DNA of 64,000 nt, taken from Nitrospira sp. (lineage in GTDB: Bacteria; Nitrospirota; Thermodesulfovibrionia; UBA6902). The notes beneath the pieces were generated by a model. The model made no database searches. It was not told the origin of the DNA and worked only from the letters and a program-made list of their open reading frames with translations. The stretch spans positions 8,746-72,745 of the forward strand of contig JADHUV010000009.1 in the NCBI GenBank assembly GCA_016784355.1, given 5' to 3'. A program made the translations under genes and the position numbers. Shown piece after piece: positions 27,440 to 38,440 of the stretch; within the stretch, counting starts at the first letter, position 1; each line of letters starts with the position of its first letter.

Positions 27440-28041
27440 AATCTTATGTAGTTGCCCTCTCAGGTGCGAGCGGAGCTGTACTGGGAGTACGGCTTGTAAG
27501 GGAGCTTCTGGCCTCTGGATGCAAGGTATATATCTGTCTTTCCAGGCAGGCCTTTTTTATTCTAAATACCGAGGCTGGAATTGATTGGGCCGGTTCTTCA
27601 ACTGCTGAGAGCGAAGAGAAAATAAGGGCGCATTTTGGTTCGGATAATATCTATTATTTCAGTGACACTGATCTGGCAGCTCCTTTTTCAAGCGGGTCCT
27701 TTATTACAGGCGGGATGTTCGTAGTTCCATGTTCAATGAAGACCCTTTCCGGAATTGCTCATGGTTACGCCAGTAACTTAATTGAAAGGGCGGCGGATGT
27801 GACTATTAAGGAGGGACGCAAACTCATCATTGCCCCTCGTGAGATGCCGTTTAGTGCCATACATCTGGAAAATATGCTTAAGCTTGCTCGGATTGGAGTC
27901 ACTGTTGCCCCGCCTGTTCCGGCCTTTTATCAGGGTCCTGAGCATATTGAAGACATCATTAGTTTTATAGTGGGAAAGCTGCTTGACAGTGCAGGAGTAA
28001 AAAATAATTTGTTTAAGCGCTGGAATCAGGAAAAGCGTTGA
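27436..28041 (+). CDS. ubiX: flavin prenyltransferase UbiX
   Basis: 201 aa; flavoprotein fold (ALSGASGAVLGVRL), UbiX/Pad1 family; ATGA overlap with rsmG. Confidence 0.8.
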   Translation: MKSYVVALSGASGAVLGVRLVRELLASGCKVYICLSRQAFFILNTEAGIDWAGSSTAESEEKIRAHFGSDNIYYFSDTDLAAPFSSGSFITGGMFVVPCSMKTLSGIAHGYASNLIERAADVTIKEGRKLIIAPREMPFSAIHLENMLKLARIGVTVAPPVPAFYQGPEHIEDIISFIVGKLLDSAGVKNNLFKRWNQEKR

Positions 28042-29107
28042 TGGTGCTGCCAGGTCCGTCCTGGTGTGAGTCATAAATCTCCCTGAACGTCTCTGAAAGT
28101 TCCGTAAATGCTGAAAGTATATCCGGATCAAAGTGTTTCGGCATTGTTCTGCCGTCACCCTCAATCAGGATTTTACAAACGTCTTCATGGGTTATTGCTG
28201 ATTTGTACGGTCTCATGCATCTCAGTGCATCATATTGATCGCATATAATAACAATTCTTCCTTCCAGCGGGATATCACTGCCTTTAAGTCCATTAGGGTA
28301 TCCGCTACCGTCCCACCTTTCGTGATGCTGCAGCGCTATGGTGGATGCCATTTGAAGGATAGGGTGAGGCGAGTCGGCCAGGATCTTGTGGCCTATGGTT
28401 GTATGAGATTTCATTATATCAAACTCTTCTCTGGTAAAGGTCCCGGGCTTTAAGAGTATATTGTCCGGTATTCCTATCTTTCCTATATCGTGCAGGGTGC
28501 TTGCATAGGTAATGGCATCAATGAAATCAACGTTTTTATTCAGGTACTCGGATATCTTGTTTGCATAGAGCCCAATTCTGGATATGTGGGAGCCCGTCTC
28601 AACGTCTCTGAACTCTGCTACCGAGGTCAGTCTTCTTATTACTTCTCTGCTGAGATTGAAGATTTCTCTTGTCTGTTTTCTGACGGTCTCTTCAAGGCGC
28701 TGTTTATAGTCCTGCTCTACCTGCAGGAGTTCGCAGTATCTGCGGGCCTTTTCCACGGTGTCTATCAGATATTCAGGATTGTAGGGCTTTGTGATAAAAT
28801 CAAACGCCCCCTTTTTGATAGCTGCGATTGCCACATCAAGTTCGGCATATCCGGTCATGAGTATAATCGGCATTGCCGGTAAAATGGCATGAACCTTTTC
28901 AAGCAGTTGAATGCCGGACATCCCCGGCATCTTTATATCAGTAAGAATAAGCCTGGTATCAAGAGTGAGAGCCTTTTCCACCGCATCCGGCCCGTTGTTG
29001 CAGGGAATTACATTATAACCGTACTCTCTTAGCAGTGCCGCCGCCGTCTCCAGTACATAGGGGTCATCATCTACGACTATGATAGTGCCTTCAATCTGAA
29101 CGGTCAT
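28013..29107 (-). CDS. response regulator with HD-GYP c-di-GMP phosphodiesterase domain (RpfG-like)
   Basis: REC domain with phospho-acceptor Asp; C-terminal HD-GYP (HHERWDGSGYPNGL). Confidence 0.8.
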   Translation of the reverse strand: MTVQIEGTIIVVDDDPYVLETAAALLREYGYNVIPCNNGPDAVEKALTLDTRLILTDIKMPGMSGIQLLEKVHAILPAMPIILMTGYAELDVAIAAIKKGAFDFITKPYNPEYLIDTVEKARRYCELLQVEQDYKQRLEETVRKQTREIFNLSREVIRRLTSVAEFRDVETGSHISRIGLYANKISEYLNKNVDFIDAITYASTLHDIGKIGIPDNILLKPGTFTREEFDIMKSHTTIGHKILADSPHPILQMASTIALQHHERWDGSGYPNGLKGSDIPLEGRIVIICDQYDALRCMRPYKSAITHEDVCKILIEGDGRTMPKHFDPDILSAFTELSETFREIYDSHQDGPGSTINAFPDSSA

Positions 29108-32100
29108 TTAACTGAGCACCTCTCTGATTTTGCGAACGAGCGTATATGGAGAAACCGGTTTAGATATGAAATTATGATCGTCTTCAAGAATGCCTTTTGC
29201 ATGTATCATGGCCTCTGTATAGCCGCTTGTAAATATGGCCTTAATAGCCGGTGAGTGTTTTTTAATTTCATCATAGGCATCTTTACCGCTTTTCTTGGGC
29301 ATGACAACATCGAGCAGCAATAGATTTATAATATCGCTGTGTTCTTTGAACTTGTCAATGGCATCCTGCCCGTTAACCGCTTCAATGACGGTAAACCCGA
29401 ACTCTTGCAGTATTGCTTTTTGGGCAACTCTGACATTTTTATCATCTTCCGCCAGCAGTATTGTCTCGCTGCCCTGCAGGTTGTTCATTGAAGAGAGTTC
29501 TGTAGCAATCTCAGACTTTTCCTGCATAAGAGGGATATATATTGTAAATAATGCCCCTTTTCCAGGCGAACTGTTTACATCAATATAGCCTTTATGCTGT
29601 TTAATTATACCATAAGACATTGCCAGTCCCAAACCGGTCCCTGTTCCTGAGGGTTTGGTTGTGAAAAAGGGTTCAAAGATCTTCGAGATATTTTCTTTTT
29701 TAATTCCTTTGCCTGTATCTTTGATTGTTATAAGTGCATATTCTCCTGATTTGCATACTGTGTCTGAATGTTCATAGGTTGCCTCGATTTTGTGTCGTTT
29801 TGTTTCGAGAGTTATGGTTCCGCCTTCCGGCATTGCATCTCTGGAATTGGAGGCCATATTGATAAGGATCTGTTCTATCTGTCCGCTGTCACCGAGCACC
29901 GTAAGGGGTAACATGGATATATTCGTAATGATATCGATGTCTTCCCCTATGAGTCTGGGCAGCAGTTTTGCTGTCCTGCTGAGCAACTCATTTAGATCAA
30001 GAGGCTTAAGGGAAAGTGTTTGATCTCTGCTGAAGATAAGAAGTCCCTGGGTCAGTGAAGCACCACGCTCTGTCATTGCCAGAATCTGATTAACATGGTA
30101 TAGCAATGGATCGTCCTGGTTAAGCTTCATGCGGATAAGGTTGCCATATCCTATTATAGCGGTCAGCAGGTTATTGAAATCGTGGGCGATGCCCCCTGCA
30201 AGTTGTCCGACTGCTTCCATCTTTTGAATGTGACGAAGCTGGTCCTCAAGCTTTTTATGCTCGGATATGTCCTCTATCAGGGCAAAGCTGTATTTAAGTT
30301 TATTTGCCGCATTGCGGACGGCCGTGACAGAAAGTTTTGCCCATAGAATGCTACCGTCTTTTCTTATATAACGTTTTTCCAGCTTATAGCTATCCTGTTT
30401 TCCATCAAGCATATCTTTTAATGCAACAATATTTTCATCTCTGTCTTCGGGGTGTGTTATGGCGGCGAAATTTGTCTGCAGCTCTCCCTCGTCATAACCC
30501 AGCATATTATGTAAAGCCGGATTTAATTCGATCAGGGTGCCATCCGGACTTGTTGTACACATACCTACAGGCGAGGACCTGAAAATAGTACTGAACCTTT
30601 CTTCTGCTGCCTGTGCCAGTTCACGGTCGCTGATATCGCTTACGATGCACATAATCACATGGCGCTGGTTAATTTCCATTATGCGCATATTGATTTCTAC
30701 GGGAAATACAGCCCCTGTCTTTCTTCTTTGGTGCAGGCCAATAATTGGTGTATCGCGATTTTTCTTCAGAGATTCCCTGAGTAATACGGAGAGCTGTTCT
30801 GAATCACTTAAAGGATGAAGTTGCATGAAAGGCATGCCCTTAAGCTCATCCTCGGAATAAGTGCTCATCTTAGAGGCCTTGCGGTTGCAGTCTATAATGA
30901 TCATTGTATTATCGTCTAACAGGTATACGGCATCATTTGATTCTTCAAATAATAGGCGGTATTTATTTTCTGACTCTTCCAGGAGTTTAATAGTCTGAAG
31001 CCTGTCTATCTCTGACTCGGCACGGTGTGAGAGCAGCTTGAAAAGAGATCTCGCCATCTGTTCATCTTTCATCGGCTTATCATCCATGACGGCAAGGATG
31101 CCTGTAATCTGACCGGAATTATTATATAGTCGGGTTCCTATGTAACTTTCTACCTCCATGTCAAAAAGGAGATAGTCTCCTGGAAATAACTGCTGCACAT
31201 TCTCAGGAAAAAAACAAAGAGACTCTTTCAATACCTTTTCGCAGGGGGTGTCTGCGAGCTTGTACTCAAAATTATCAATTATGCTGCCGCGCGCATATAC
31301 CGCGATAGTGCGTACTGTATCCGGTCTCTCGGGAACTATATTGCCAATGAGGGCATAGCGGGTATCCAGAGTTTCAGCTATAAATGTTGTCATGGAGTGG
31401 AAAAGCTGCTCACCTGTTTTTGTTGATATATGTTCCGCGACATGCCGCAATATGTCTTCGGCCTTTTTCCGTTCGGTGATATCTCTGATAATGCCCAGTA
31501 AATATTTTTTGCGGTTCAGTTCAATAAGTGAGTTGTGTATATCCGCATAAAAGATGCTGCCGTCTTTTCTTTTAAACGGAATATCCCGGGCCGCGAAGAT
31601 TTCATTTCTGGCCTGCTTCTCAAATTGCTCCAGTACAAACGGCAAGTCATCAGCCGGGTGAATATCATGTATTTTCAGGTTCAGGAGTTCATGCATACTG
31701 TAACCAAGCATATGAAGCATTTCTGTGTTGCAGGTATGGAATTTTTTCGTATTTATGTCGACAGCCAGTATCCCGTCCATTGCATTGTCAAAGATGGCCC
31801 TGAACTTGCCTTCTGAGTCGCGAAGTTCCATCTCTGATGCCTTCTGCCGGGATGTATCTTCTATAGTGCCTACATGAGTTCTGCTGCCAGGTGTCTCCCC
31901 CTGGAGTGTAATTGCACGTGCATGAATCCATTTGATCTCTCCCCCAGGGGTAACCACCCTTCCTGTATGGGAAAACTCTTCTTTGCTACTCAGGTATGCA
32001 CTCCATGCAGCCAGAGCATGCGGCCGGTCATTGGGATGGAAGGAATTGCACCAGCCGTTTTGGGTAATCTCCTGGAGGCTGAGTCCCGATATTTTCTGCC

Positions 32101-33076
32101 ACAGCCTGTTGGCATATATAGTATTGCCGTCCTGGTCTGCCAGGAATATTCCAATGGGCGCAGCCTCACTCAGCATCCTGAATTGTGCTTCACTTTTAAT
32201 CAGCTGCTGCTCTATCTGCTGGCGCTCAGTAATATCTCTGATAATGCCGATATTGCCGATCGCATTACCTTGTTCATTTAAGAGTTTCAGTGCATACATC
32301 TCACCGATAAAAATTTCCGAGTTTTTGCGTCTTAGCCTGACCTCTATGATCTCGCCCTTATGGTTTTCGTTTATATCAAAAACGGTATCGCCAGCACTGG
32401 CATAACTGTGGTCATCGGCATAAATTATTCTGGCGCTTTTCCCTAAAATATCATTTGCAGAATATCCGAAAACGTCAAGAAGTGCTGGTTCATTTACATT
32501 CACAATTATCCTGTCTTTGTCAGAAACTATTATTACGTCCCTGAAACTCCTGAACAAATTTTCGCCTAACTGCTCGCTTGCTGAAAGACTATTGTGTAGT
32601 GTCTTGTCCGTCTTATCAGGTGCAGCGGCATGAAGTGCCGGATCTTTTTCATTGGATTGTTCAGGTGGAGTTACCGCTTCAGGGCTATGTGGTGAGGTAA
32701 GGGTTGTATCATGCTCTGCCATTACTTCATCTAAAAGGGTCAGCAGTTGGTCCTCTGAGACCGGTTTAATTATAAAACGGGAAGCACCGAGAGAAAGTGC
32801 GAGAAGTTCATTTTTTGAATCTGTATAGGCAGCTGTATAAAAAATAAATGGAATGCCCCGGAGCTGTGTGTTAGACTTGAATTTCTGACAGAGCCTGAAA
32901 CCGTCAAGCTCCGGCAAAAGAATATCCGATATAATCATGTCAGGTTGTGATGCCTTGGCAGACTTAAAAGCCTCATCTCCGCTGGAGGTTTCGGTTACCT
33001 GATGGCCGCCTTTTTTTAGTCTGGCCTTTAGTTTTGATCTGGAGGTTGTGTTTGCATCTGATATTAATATGTGCAC
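29108..33076 (-). CDS. hybrid sensor histidine kinase (REC - multiple PAS/GAF - HisKA - HATPase_c - REC)
   Basis: 1322 aa; H-box GIAHDFNNLLTAIIGY; G1/G2 boxes; REC domains at both ends. Confidence 0.85.
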   Translation of the reverse strand: MHILISDANTTSRSKLKARLKKGGHQVTETSSGDEAFKSAKASQPDMIISDILLPELDGFRLCQKFKSNTQLRGIPFIFYTAAYTDSKNELLALSLGASRFIIKPVSEDQLLTLLDEVMAEHDTTLTSPHSPEAVTPPEQSNEKDPALHAAAPDKTDKTLHNSLSASEQLGENLFRSFRDVIIVSDKDRIIVNVNEPALLDVFGYSANDILGKSARIIYADDHSYASAGDTVFDINENHKGEIIEVRLRRKNSEIFIGEMYALKLLNEQGNAIGNIGIIRDITERQQIEQQLIKSEAQFRMLSEAAPIGIFLADQDGNTIYANRLWQKISGLSLQEITQNGWCNSFHPNDRPHALAAWSAYLSSKEEFSHTGRVVTPGGEIKWIHARAITLQGETPGSRTHVGTIEDTSRQKASEMELRDSEGKFRAIFDNAMDGILAVDINTKKFHTCNTEMLHMLGYSMHELLNLKIHDIHPADDLPFVLEQFEKQARNEIFAARDIPFKRKDGSIFYADIHNSLIELNRKKYLLGIIRDITERKKAEDILRHVAEHISTKTGEQLFHSMTTFIAETLDTRYALIGNIVPERPDTVRTIAVYARGSIIDNFEYKLADTPCEKVLKESLCFFPENVQQLFPGDYLLFDMEVESYIGTRLYNNSGQITGILAVMDDKPMKDEQMARSLFKLLSHRAESEIDRLQTIKLLEESENKYRLLFEESNDAVYLLDDNTMIIIDCNRKASKMSTYSEDELKGMPFMQLHPLSDSEQLSVLLRESLKKNRDTPIIGLHQRRKTGAVFPVEINMRIMEINQRHVIMCIVSDISDRELAQAAEERFSTIFRSSPVGMCTTSPDGTLIELNPALHNMLGYDEGELQTNFAAITHPEDRDENIVALKDMLDGKQDSYKLEKRYIRKDGSILWAKLSVTAVRNAANKLKYSFALIEDISEHKKLEDQLRHIQKMEAVGQLAGGIAHDFNNLLTAIIGYGNLIRMKLNQDDPLLYHVNQILAMTERGASLTQGLLIFSRDQTLSLKPLDLNELLSRTAKLLPRLIGEDIDIITNISMLPLTVLGDSGQIEQILINMASNSRDAMPEGGTITLETKRHKIEATYEHSDTVCKSGEYALITIKDTGKGIKKENISKIFEPFFTTKPSGTGTGLGLAMSYGIIKQHKGYIDVNSSPGKGALFTIYIPLMQEKSEIATELSSMNNLQGSETILLAEDDKNVRVAQKAILQEFGFTVIEAVNGQDAIDKFKEHSDIINLLLLDVVMPKKSGKDAYDEIKKHSPAIKAIFTSGYTEAMIHAKGILEDDHNFISKPVSPYTLVRKIREVLS

Positions 33077-33136
33077 GTTTTTAAATATCCTTTATCGACC
33101 CCTGTTAACACAAATAAGGCAAAAGTCTGTTGAATA

Positions 33137-35548
33137 TCAGCTTTGTTCATGCATTACCATTTTTATCATTTCCAGCAGGGCACTGGGTGATACCGGTTTT
33201 GAGAGAAAGTGCAGTCCGTTGTCTAGCAGCTCTTTTTTCTTAATATTATCTGCTGTATAGCCGCTTGTGAAGATAATTTTTATATGAGGATCCAAGGTCT
33301 TGATTTCTTCATATGCCTCTTTGCCATTTTTAACCGGCATTATTACATCAAATAAAAGAAGCGTTATATTGTCCCTGTTAATCATGAATTTAGCGATAGC
33401 ATCCTGTCCATCTGCTGCCTCGATAACAGTGTAGCCGTACTCTTCCAGGATGAACTTTAAGGCCTCTCTAACTTCATCTTCATCCTCAGCAAGAAGTATT
33501 GTGCCGGTACCGTTGGGCGGGTCAGGCAATGTCTTTGTTTGTTCAATATGCTTAGGTTGTTTTGCTGCCGGGATCAGTATCCTGAAGGTAGTGCCGCCTT
33601 TAGGCTCGCTGTATACATTTATATAGCCCTTATGCTGTTTCATTATCCCGTATGCCATGGAAAGGCCGAGCCCTGTGCCCTGACCGACATCTTTTGTGGT
33701 AAAAAAAGGCTCAAATATTTTTTCTTTTGTGTCGGTGGTCATGCCGGAGCCTGTATCACTGACGGATATAAGGGCGTATTTTCCTTCCCTGCCGTATCCG
33801 TGAGTCTGTTTAAACATACTGTCAATAGTAAAGAGGGAGATTCCAATGGTAAAAGTTCCCCCGTCAGGCATGGCATCACGGGCATTGGAAGCAAGGTTGA
33901 TAAGTATATGCTCGATTTGACTGATATCAGCCATTACATAGAGTTCGTCTTCAGGGATCTGGATTTTCATCTCAATGTTTTCACCGAGCATTCTTTTTAG
34001 CAGTTTCTCCACTCCTGCCAGCAAAAGGCTGAGCGAGACAGGCTGTATATTCATGACCTGTTTTCTGCTGAATGCAAGAAGACTCTTTGTCAGTAATGCC
34101 CCGCGATCTGAAATTGTCAGTATCTGATTAATGTAGTGCATCATATTATCATTTTCTGGAAGTTTCATTCGCAGCAGGCTGCCGTAGCTTATAACAGCGG
34201 TCAGCAGGTTGTTGAAATCGTGGGCGATACCCCCTGCAAGCTGGCCGACCGCCTCAAGCTTTTGAGAGTGTTGAAGCTGCGTTTCCAGCTTATTCTGTAT
34301 TGTAATATCCTTTATATTGATCAAAGCTACTGCCTGCTGATCTATTTCTATCGTAACATAGCTAATATCTGCCTGGAATACAGTGCCGTCGTGTCTTATA
34401 ACAGAAATGTCATGAATTATTACGGGACTGCTATTGTCGCTTGCTGCACGCTCAGCTTCTATAAACTTAAGGTCCTCTGGTGTATGAATATCACTAAGCA
34501 TCAGTGATGTAAGTTCTTCCGTACTGTAGCCAAGCATCTCAGTAAGAGTACGGTTACCGGTTATGGTCTTATTTATCTCAGGATTGATCAGCAGTATTCC
34601 GTCTGCTGCATTATCAAAGATTGCCCGGAATCTGGCCTCTGACTCTTTTAAATCTCTGTTTGCCTTTTTGTACTGGGTCGTGTCATGTCCGATAGCTATG
34701 GTGCCTATTATCCTGGAGTTATTGTCGGTCATGGGACTGATATTCCATATAATGTGCCGTGGCTCTTCCGAGGGGGTGAAGACCGGGCATTCAAAGTCCT
34801 TAACTTCCGCCCCGGATATAGCTTCATCGACCTTAGCTGTAAATGCCTTTGAGTATTCGCCTTTAAGGCATAAATTGAAAAAATTCTTTCCGAGGACATC
34901 TTCTTTTTTTCTGCCGAATATTTTTTCCGCCTCTTGATTGAACTCGGTAATCGTCTGGTCCGTTGATATGCAGACTATGGAGCAGGCAGCATGCTCAACC
35001 AGGAGCCGGAAGCGTGCTTCGCTGGCCTGCAGTTCGCTTTCTTTTTGCTTCAGGGCGCGGTGCTCTTTCTCAAGCTCTTTCAGCTTTTTATCAAGTTTGT
35101 TTGAGAGGCGATTATCGTACATTTCCATCAATACGGGTGTTGGGTTACTTGGATGTTCCGGGACCTTCAGCGAATTGTTTTTAAACGTTAGAATAATCTC
35201 ATTTATTATCTTGAGAAACTGGTCATTTTCAAGCGGCTTGATTAAAAATTTTGATGCCCCGAGTGAAAGTGCAAGCTGCTCGTCTTTAGGATCAGTATAG
35301 GTGGCTGTATAGAAGACGAAGGGCACTTTGCTGAGAGTGCTGTCCTGCTTGGCCATGCGGCAAAATGTGAAGCCGTCCATTTCAGGCATGAGTATGTCTG
35401 ATATAATCATTTCCGGAAGGAACTCTCTCGCTATCTTCAGGGCTTCTGCACCATTTGCTGCACCCCTGACTTCATAGCCGGCAGATTCCAGATTTTTTTT
35501 TAGTATAATCCTGGAGTCTTCAGTGTCTTCCGCGATAAGAATTCTCAT
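33137..35548 (-). CDS. hybrid sensor histidine kinase (REC - PAS x2 - HisKA - HATPase_c - REC), paralogue of the downstream kinase
   Basis: 803 aa; H-box GIAHDFNNLLTAVISY; N-terminal REC shares the ...MIISDIL.P..DGF...A...TYTD motif with the neighbour. Confidence 0.85.
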   Translation of the reverse strand: MRILIAEDTEDSRIILKKNLESAGYEVRGAANGAEALKIAREFLPEMIISDILMPEMDGFTFCRMAKQDSTLSKVPFVFYTATYTDPKDEQLALSLGASKFLIKPLENDQFLKIINEIILTFKNNSLKVPEHPSNPTPVLMEMYDNRLSNKLDKKLKELEKEHRALKQKESELQASEARFRLLVEHAACSIVCISTDQTITEFNQEAEKIFGRKKEDVLGKNFFNLCLKGEYSKAFTAKVDEAISGAEVKDFECPVFTPSEEPRHIIWNISPMTDNNSRIIGTIAIGHDTTQYKKANRDLKESEARFRAIFDNAADGILLINPEINKTITGNRTLTEMLGYSTEELTSLMLSDIHTPEDLKFIEAERAASDNSSPVIIHDISVIRHDGTVFQADISYVTIEIDQQAVALINIKDITIQNKLETQLQHSQKLEAVGQLAGGIAHDFNNLLTAVISYGSLLRMKLPENDNMMHYINQILTISDRGALLTKSLLAFSRKQVMNIQPVSLSLLLAGVEKLLKRMLGENIEMKIQIPEDELYVMADISQIEHILINLASNARDAMPDGGTFTIGISLFTIDSMFKQTHGYGREGKYALISVSDTGSGMTTDTKEKIFEPFFTTKDVGQGTGLGLSMAYGIMKQHKGYINVYSEPKGGTTFRILIPAAKQPKHIEQTKTLPDPPNGTGTILLAEDEDEVREALKFILEEYGYTVIEAADGQDAIAKFMINRDNITLLLFDVIMPVKNGKEAYEEIKTLDPHIKIIFTSGYTADNIKKKELLDNGLHFLSKPVSPSALLEMIKMVMHEQS

Positions 35549-36050
35549 TGATACAGATCCCTTTACCCTTTTGATTGGATATATAAGGCGTCGATTAAAT
35601 AAATGGGTTTAATAAAGCCGCTACATTCTATGACCGGAAGATTTTTTCAAATCTAACGGTATCCTGTTTTTGCCCATTATAAACGTTGTGTTGTTCCCGG
35701 TCCCTTTGCGTCTAACAACATTGCCTTATATAATATTGGTTCAGATATATATATCATATGTAAAATCATAGCAGAAAATTTCGAGAATTCATATGGCTAT
35801 TGAAACTATTTATATATAACAGAGGCTTCGCCTGACATGCCTGTAATTTTAATGTTTCCTTTTATAATCTGATACTAAGGGGTTTGCATTAAACAGTGGA
35901 TATCTGAAGTAGAGTTGAATATATCGATCTAATATGGTTAAATACTCAACCTGAGAGCCGGTTCTATATTTACAGAGTATGGCGGCTTATACCAATAGAA
36001 GAATACAGATGCAAAAATTAATATCGTGATTACTGAAAGGAAATTTAACT

Positions 36051-37127
36051 ATGTATAACGTAACTCTAATACCCGGTGACGGCACCGGACCAGAAATTTG
36101 TGAGGCTGTAGTAAGGGTGCTTGAGGCAACGGGTGTTTCATTTAGCTGGGATGTCCAGAATGCCGGCGAGGAAGTTTACCATAATGAAGGCAATCCGCTG
36201 CCGGCCAGAGTGCTTGATTCAATAAGAAAAAACAAGATTGCGATCAAGGGTCCGATTACTACACCAGTCGGTACAGGGTTCAGGAGCGTAAATGTAGCCC
36301 TCAGGCAGGAACTGGATCTGTATAGCTGTGTGAGGCCATGCAAGACTTATGAAGGGGTCAGGACAAGGTTTGATCATATTGATCTTGTTATATTCCGGGA
36401 AAATACGGAAGACCTGTATGCAGGTATAGAGTACGAAAAGGGCTCCGAGGGAGTTGCTGCTATGATTGATTTAGTAAAAAAACATTCCGGAAGGGATATT
36501 CGTCCTGATTCCGGCATAAGCATCAAGCCCATATCTGTTTTCGGGACTGAACGCATTGTCAGAGCGGCCTTTGAGTATGCAAGGCAGAACAACCGCAAGA
36601 AAGTCACATCGGTTCATAAGGCTAATATTATGAAGTACTCTGACGGACTGTTTCTTGAGGTCTCAAGAAATGTTGCAAAGGACTACCCTGATATTGAGTT
36701 TGATGATAAGATTATTGATAATATGTGCATGCAGCTTGTTCAAAAGCCAGAGCTTTATGATGTATTGGTACTTCCTAATCTATATGGTGATATCGTATCT
36801 GATCTGGCGGCCGGCCTGGTTGGCGGGCTTGGAATGGCACCTGGTGCCAATATTGGGAAAGACTGTGCTGTATTTGAGGCAACCCATGGAAGTGCGCCTA
36901 AGTATAAAGGGCTGAATAAGGTAAATCCCCTTGCCGTACTCCTGAGCGGAGAGATGATGCTCCGTCATCTGGGGGAGATCGAGTCAGCCGACAGGCTTGA
37001 TAAGGCAATTGCAGATGTCATAAGAGAAGGGAAGGATGTCACCTATGACATGAAGCCTTCCCCTGATGACCCGGGCGCAGTGACAACTTCGGGTATGGCA
37101 GATGCGATAATTGCAAAAATGAAATAA
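36051..37127 (+). CDS. icd: isocitrate dehydrogenase (isocitrate/isopropylmalate DH family, short homodimeric type)
   Basis: 358 aa; [16 protein letters not shown] signature of IDH. Confidence 0.75.
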   Translation: MYNVTLIPGDGTGPEICEAVVRVLEATGVSFSWDVQNAGEEVYHNEGNPLPARVLDSIRKNKIAIKGPITTPVGTGFRSVNVALRQELDLYSCVRPCKTYEGVRTRFDHIDLVIFRENTEDLYAGIEYEKGSEGVAAMIDLVKKHSGRDIRPDSGISIKPISVFGTERIVRAAFEYARQNNRKKVTSVHKANIMKYSDGLFLEVSRNVAKDYPDIEFDDKIIDNMCMQLVQKPELYDVLVLPNLYGDIVSDLAAGLVGGLGMAPGANIGKDCAVFEATHGSAPKYKGLNKVNPLAVLLSGEMMLRHLGEIESADRLDKAIADVIREGKDVTYDMKPSPDDPGAVTTSGMADAIIAKMK

Positions 37128-37130
37128 TAC

Positions 37131-38393
37131 ATGGATCCCGACTCGTTAAGTTTTATAGTCATAATAATTTGTATTGTTTTTATAGCACTTCTTTCTAGTT
37201 CTGAAGTTGCGTTTATATCCATTAATCGGATAAGGCTCAGGCATCTTGTAGAAACAGGGGATAAAAATGCCGAAATTGCCCAGAAAATCAGGGATGAGCA
37301 TGACCGCCTTTTCAGCGCTGTAATTCTTTCCGGGAATCTGTTTACTGTACTTGCAACCTCTATAGGCACCGCACTTGCGATCAGGCAGCTTGGTCCGGAT
37401 ATCGGTATTATTGTAGCTACGGTTGTGATGACAGTGCTTACGGTAATCTTCGGTGAACTTGCCCCTAAGACCTTTGCTGTAACTCATGCAGAAAGCATTT
37501 CTTTGAAATTTGCCAAACCCATACTCTTTTATATCAAGCTGATCTCTCCTTTGGTTTTTATTTTTAATAAAACTTCTAATGGCATTATCAGAATTATCGG
37601 GGGCGAGGTTAAGCCTACTCCTCAGATGCTCACAGAAGAGGAGATGAAGTCCATGATAAATTTGTGCGGAGAAGAGGGTACACTTGAGAAAGAAGAGACC
37701 GCGATGCTGCACAATGTTTTTGCGTTTGGAGATAAAAAAGTCACAGAGGCAATGGTCCCGAGGACGGAGATTACAGCTATATCAGAAGATGCCGAGGTCA
37801 GCGAGGTTCTTTATCTTGTAAGTGAGCAAGGTTATTCACGCTACCCTGTAATAAAAGAAACCATGGATAATATAATAGGCCTTGTGTATGTCAAGGATAT
37901 TGTGCGCAAAATGGCAGTGGAAAATGTCCCCTCAGATACCAGGATTAAAAAATTTATACGTGATGCATATTATATACCTGAGAGTAAGATGGTTACAGCT
38001 TTGCTTGATGATATGCAGAAGGACAAGTTTCAGATAGCAATAGTTGTTGATGAGCATGGTGGTACGGCCGGACTGATTACCCTGGAGGATATAATGGAAG
38101 AGATAGTCGGGAGTCTGCAGGATGAATTTGAGGCTCTGGAGGCTGAAAAAGAAGTTGAGATCGTTGATGAAAGAACATTTGTTGTTTCGGGTAATACCGG
38201 GATTGATGAGATTAATGAGTTGATCGGAATTGAGCTGGATGATGAAGAATTCCATACGATTGGCGGCGTATTATTTGGGCTGTTCGGGCATCTTCCGAAG
38301 GTTGGAGAACAACTGCGTTATCACGGTTTAAGGTTTTTAATCCTGGAGATGGACAGCAAAAAGATTGAAAAAATCAAAATAACCAAGCTTTAG
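37131..38393 (+). CDS. HlyC/CorC family transporter (DUF21 - CBS pair - CorC_HlyC)
   Basis: 420 aa; 4 N-terminal TM, CBS pair, C-terminal transporter-associated domain. Confidence 0.8.
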   Translation: MDPDSLSFIVIIICIVFIALLSSSEVAFISINRIRLRHLVETGDKNAEIAQKIRDEHDRLFSAVILSGNLFTVLATSIGTALAIRQLGPDIGIIVATVVMTVLTVIFGELAPKTFAVTHAESISLKFAKPILFYIKLISPLVFIFNKTSNGIIRIIGGEVKPTPQMLTEEEMKSMINLCGEEGTLEKEETAMLHNVFAFGDKKVTEAMVPRTEITAISEDAEVSEVLYLVSEQGYSRYPVIKETMDNIIGLVYVKDIVRKMAVENVPSDTRIKKFIRDAYYIPESKMVTALLDDMQKDKFQIAIVVDEHGGTAGLITLEDIMEEIVGSLQDEFEALEAEKEVEIVDERTFVVSGNTGIDEINELIGIELDDEEFHTIGGVLFGLFGHLPKVGEQLRYHGLRFLILEMDSKKIEKIKITKL

Positions 38394-38440
38394 CTTCCGG
38401 TTTAATTATGACTGTATGTCTCTATATAGTTACTGCAATA

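Noticed and set aside
29295-35300. Numerous plus-strand ORFs inside the two histidine-kinase genes
   Set aside because: Antisense shadow frames of long minus-strand genes; no motifs.
37146-37712. 188-aa minus-strand ORF overlapping the corC-family gene
   Set aside because: Antisense to a gene with clear DUF21/CBS/CorC domain order; Lys/Arg/Tyr-rich artefactual translation.
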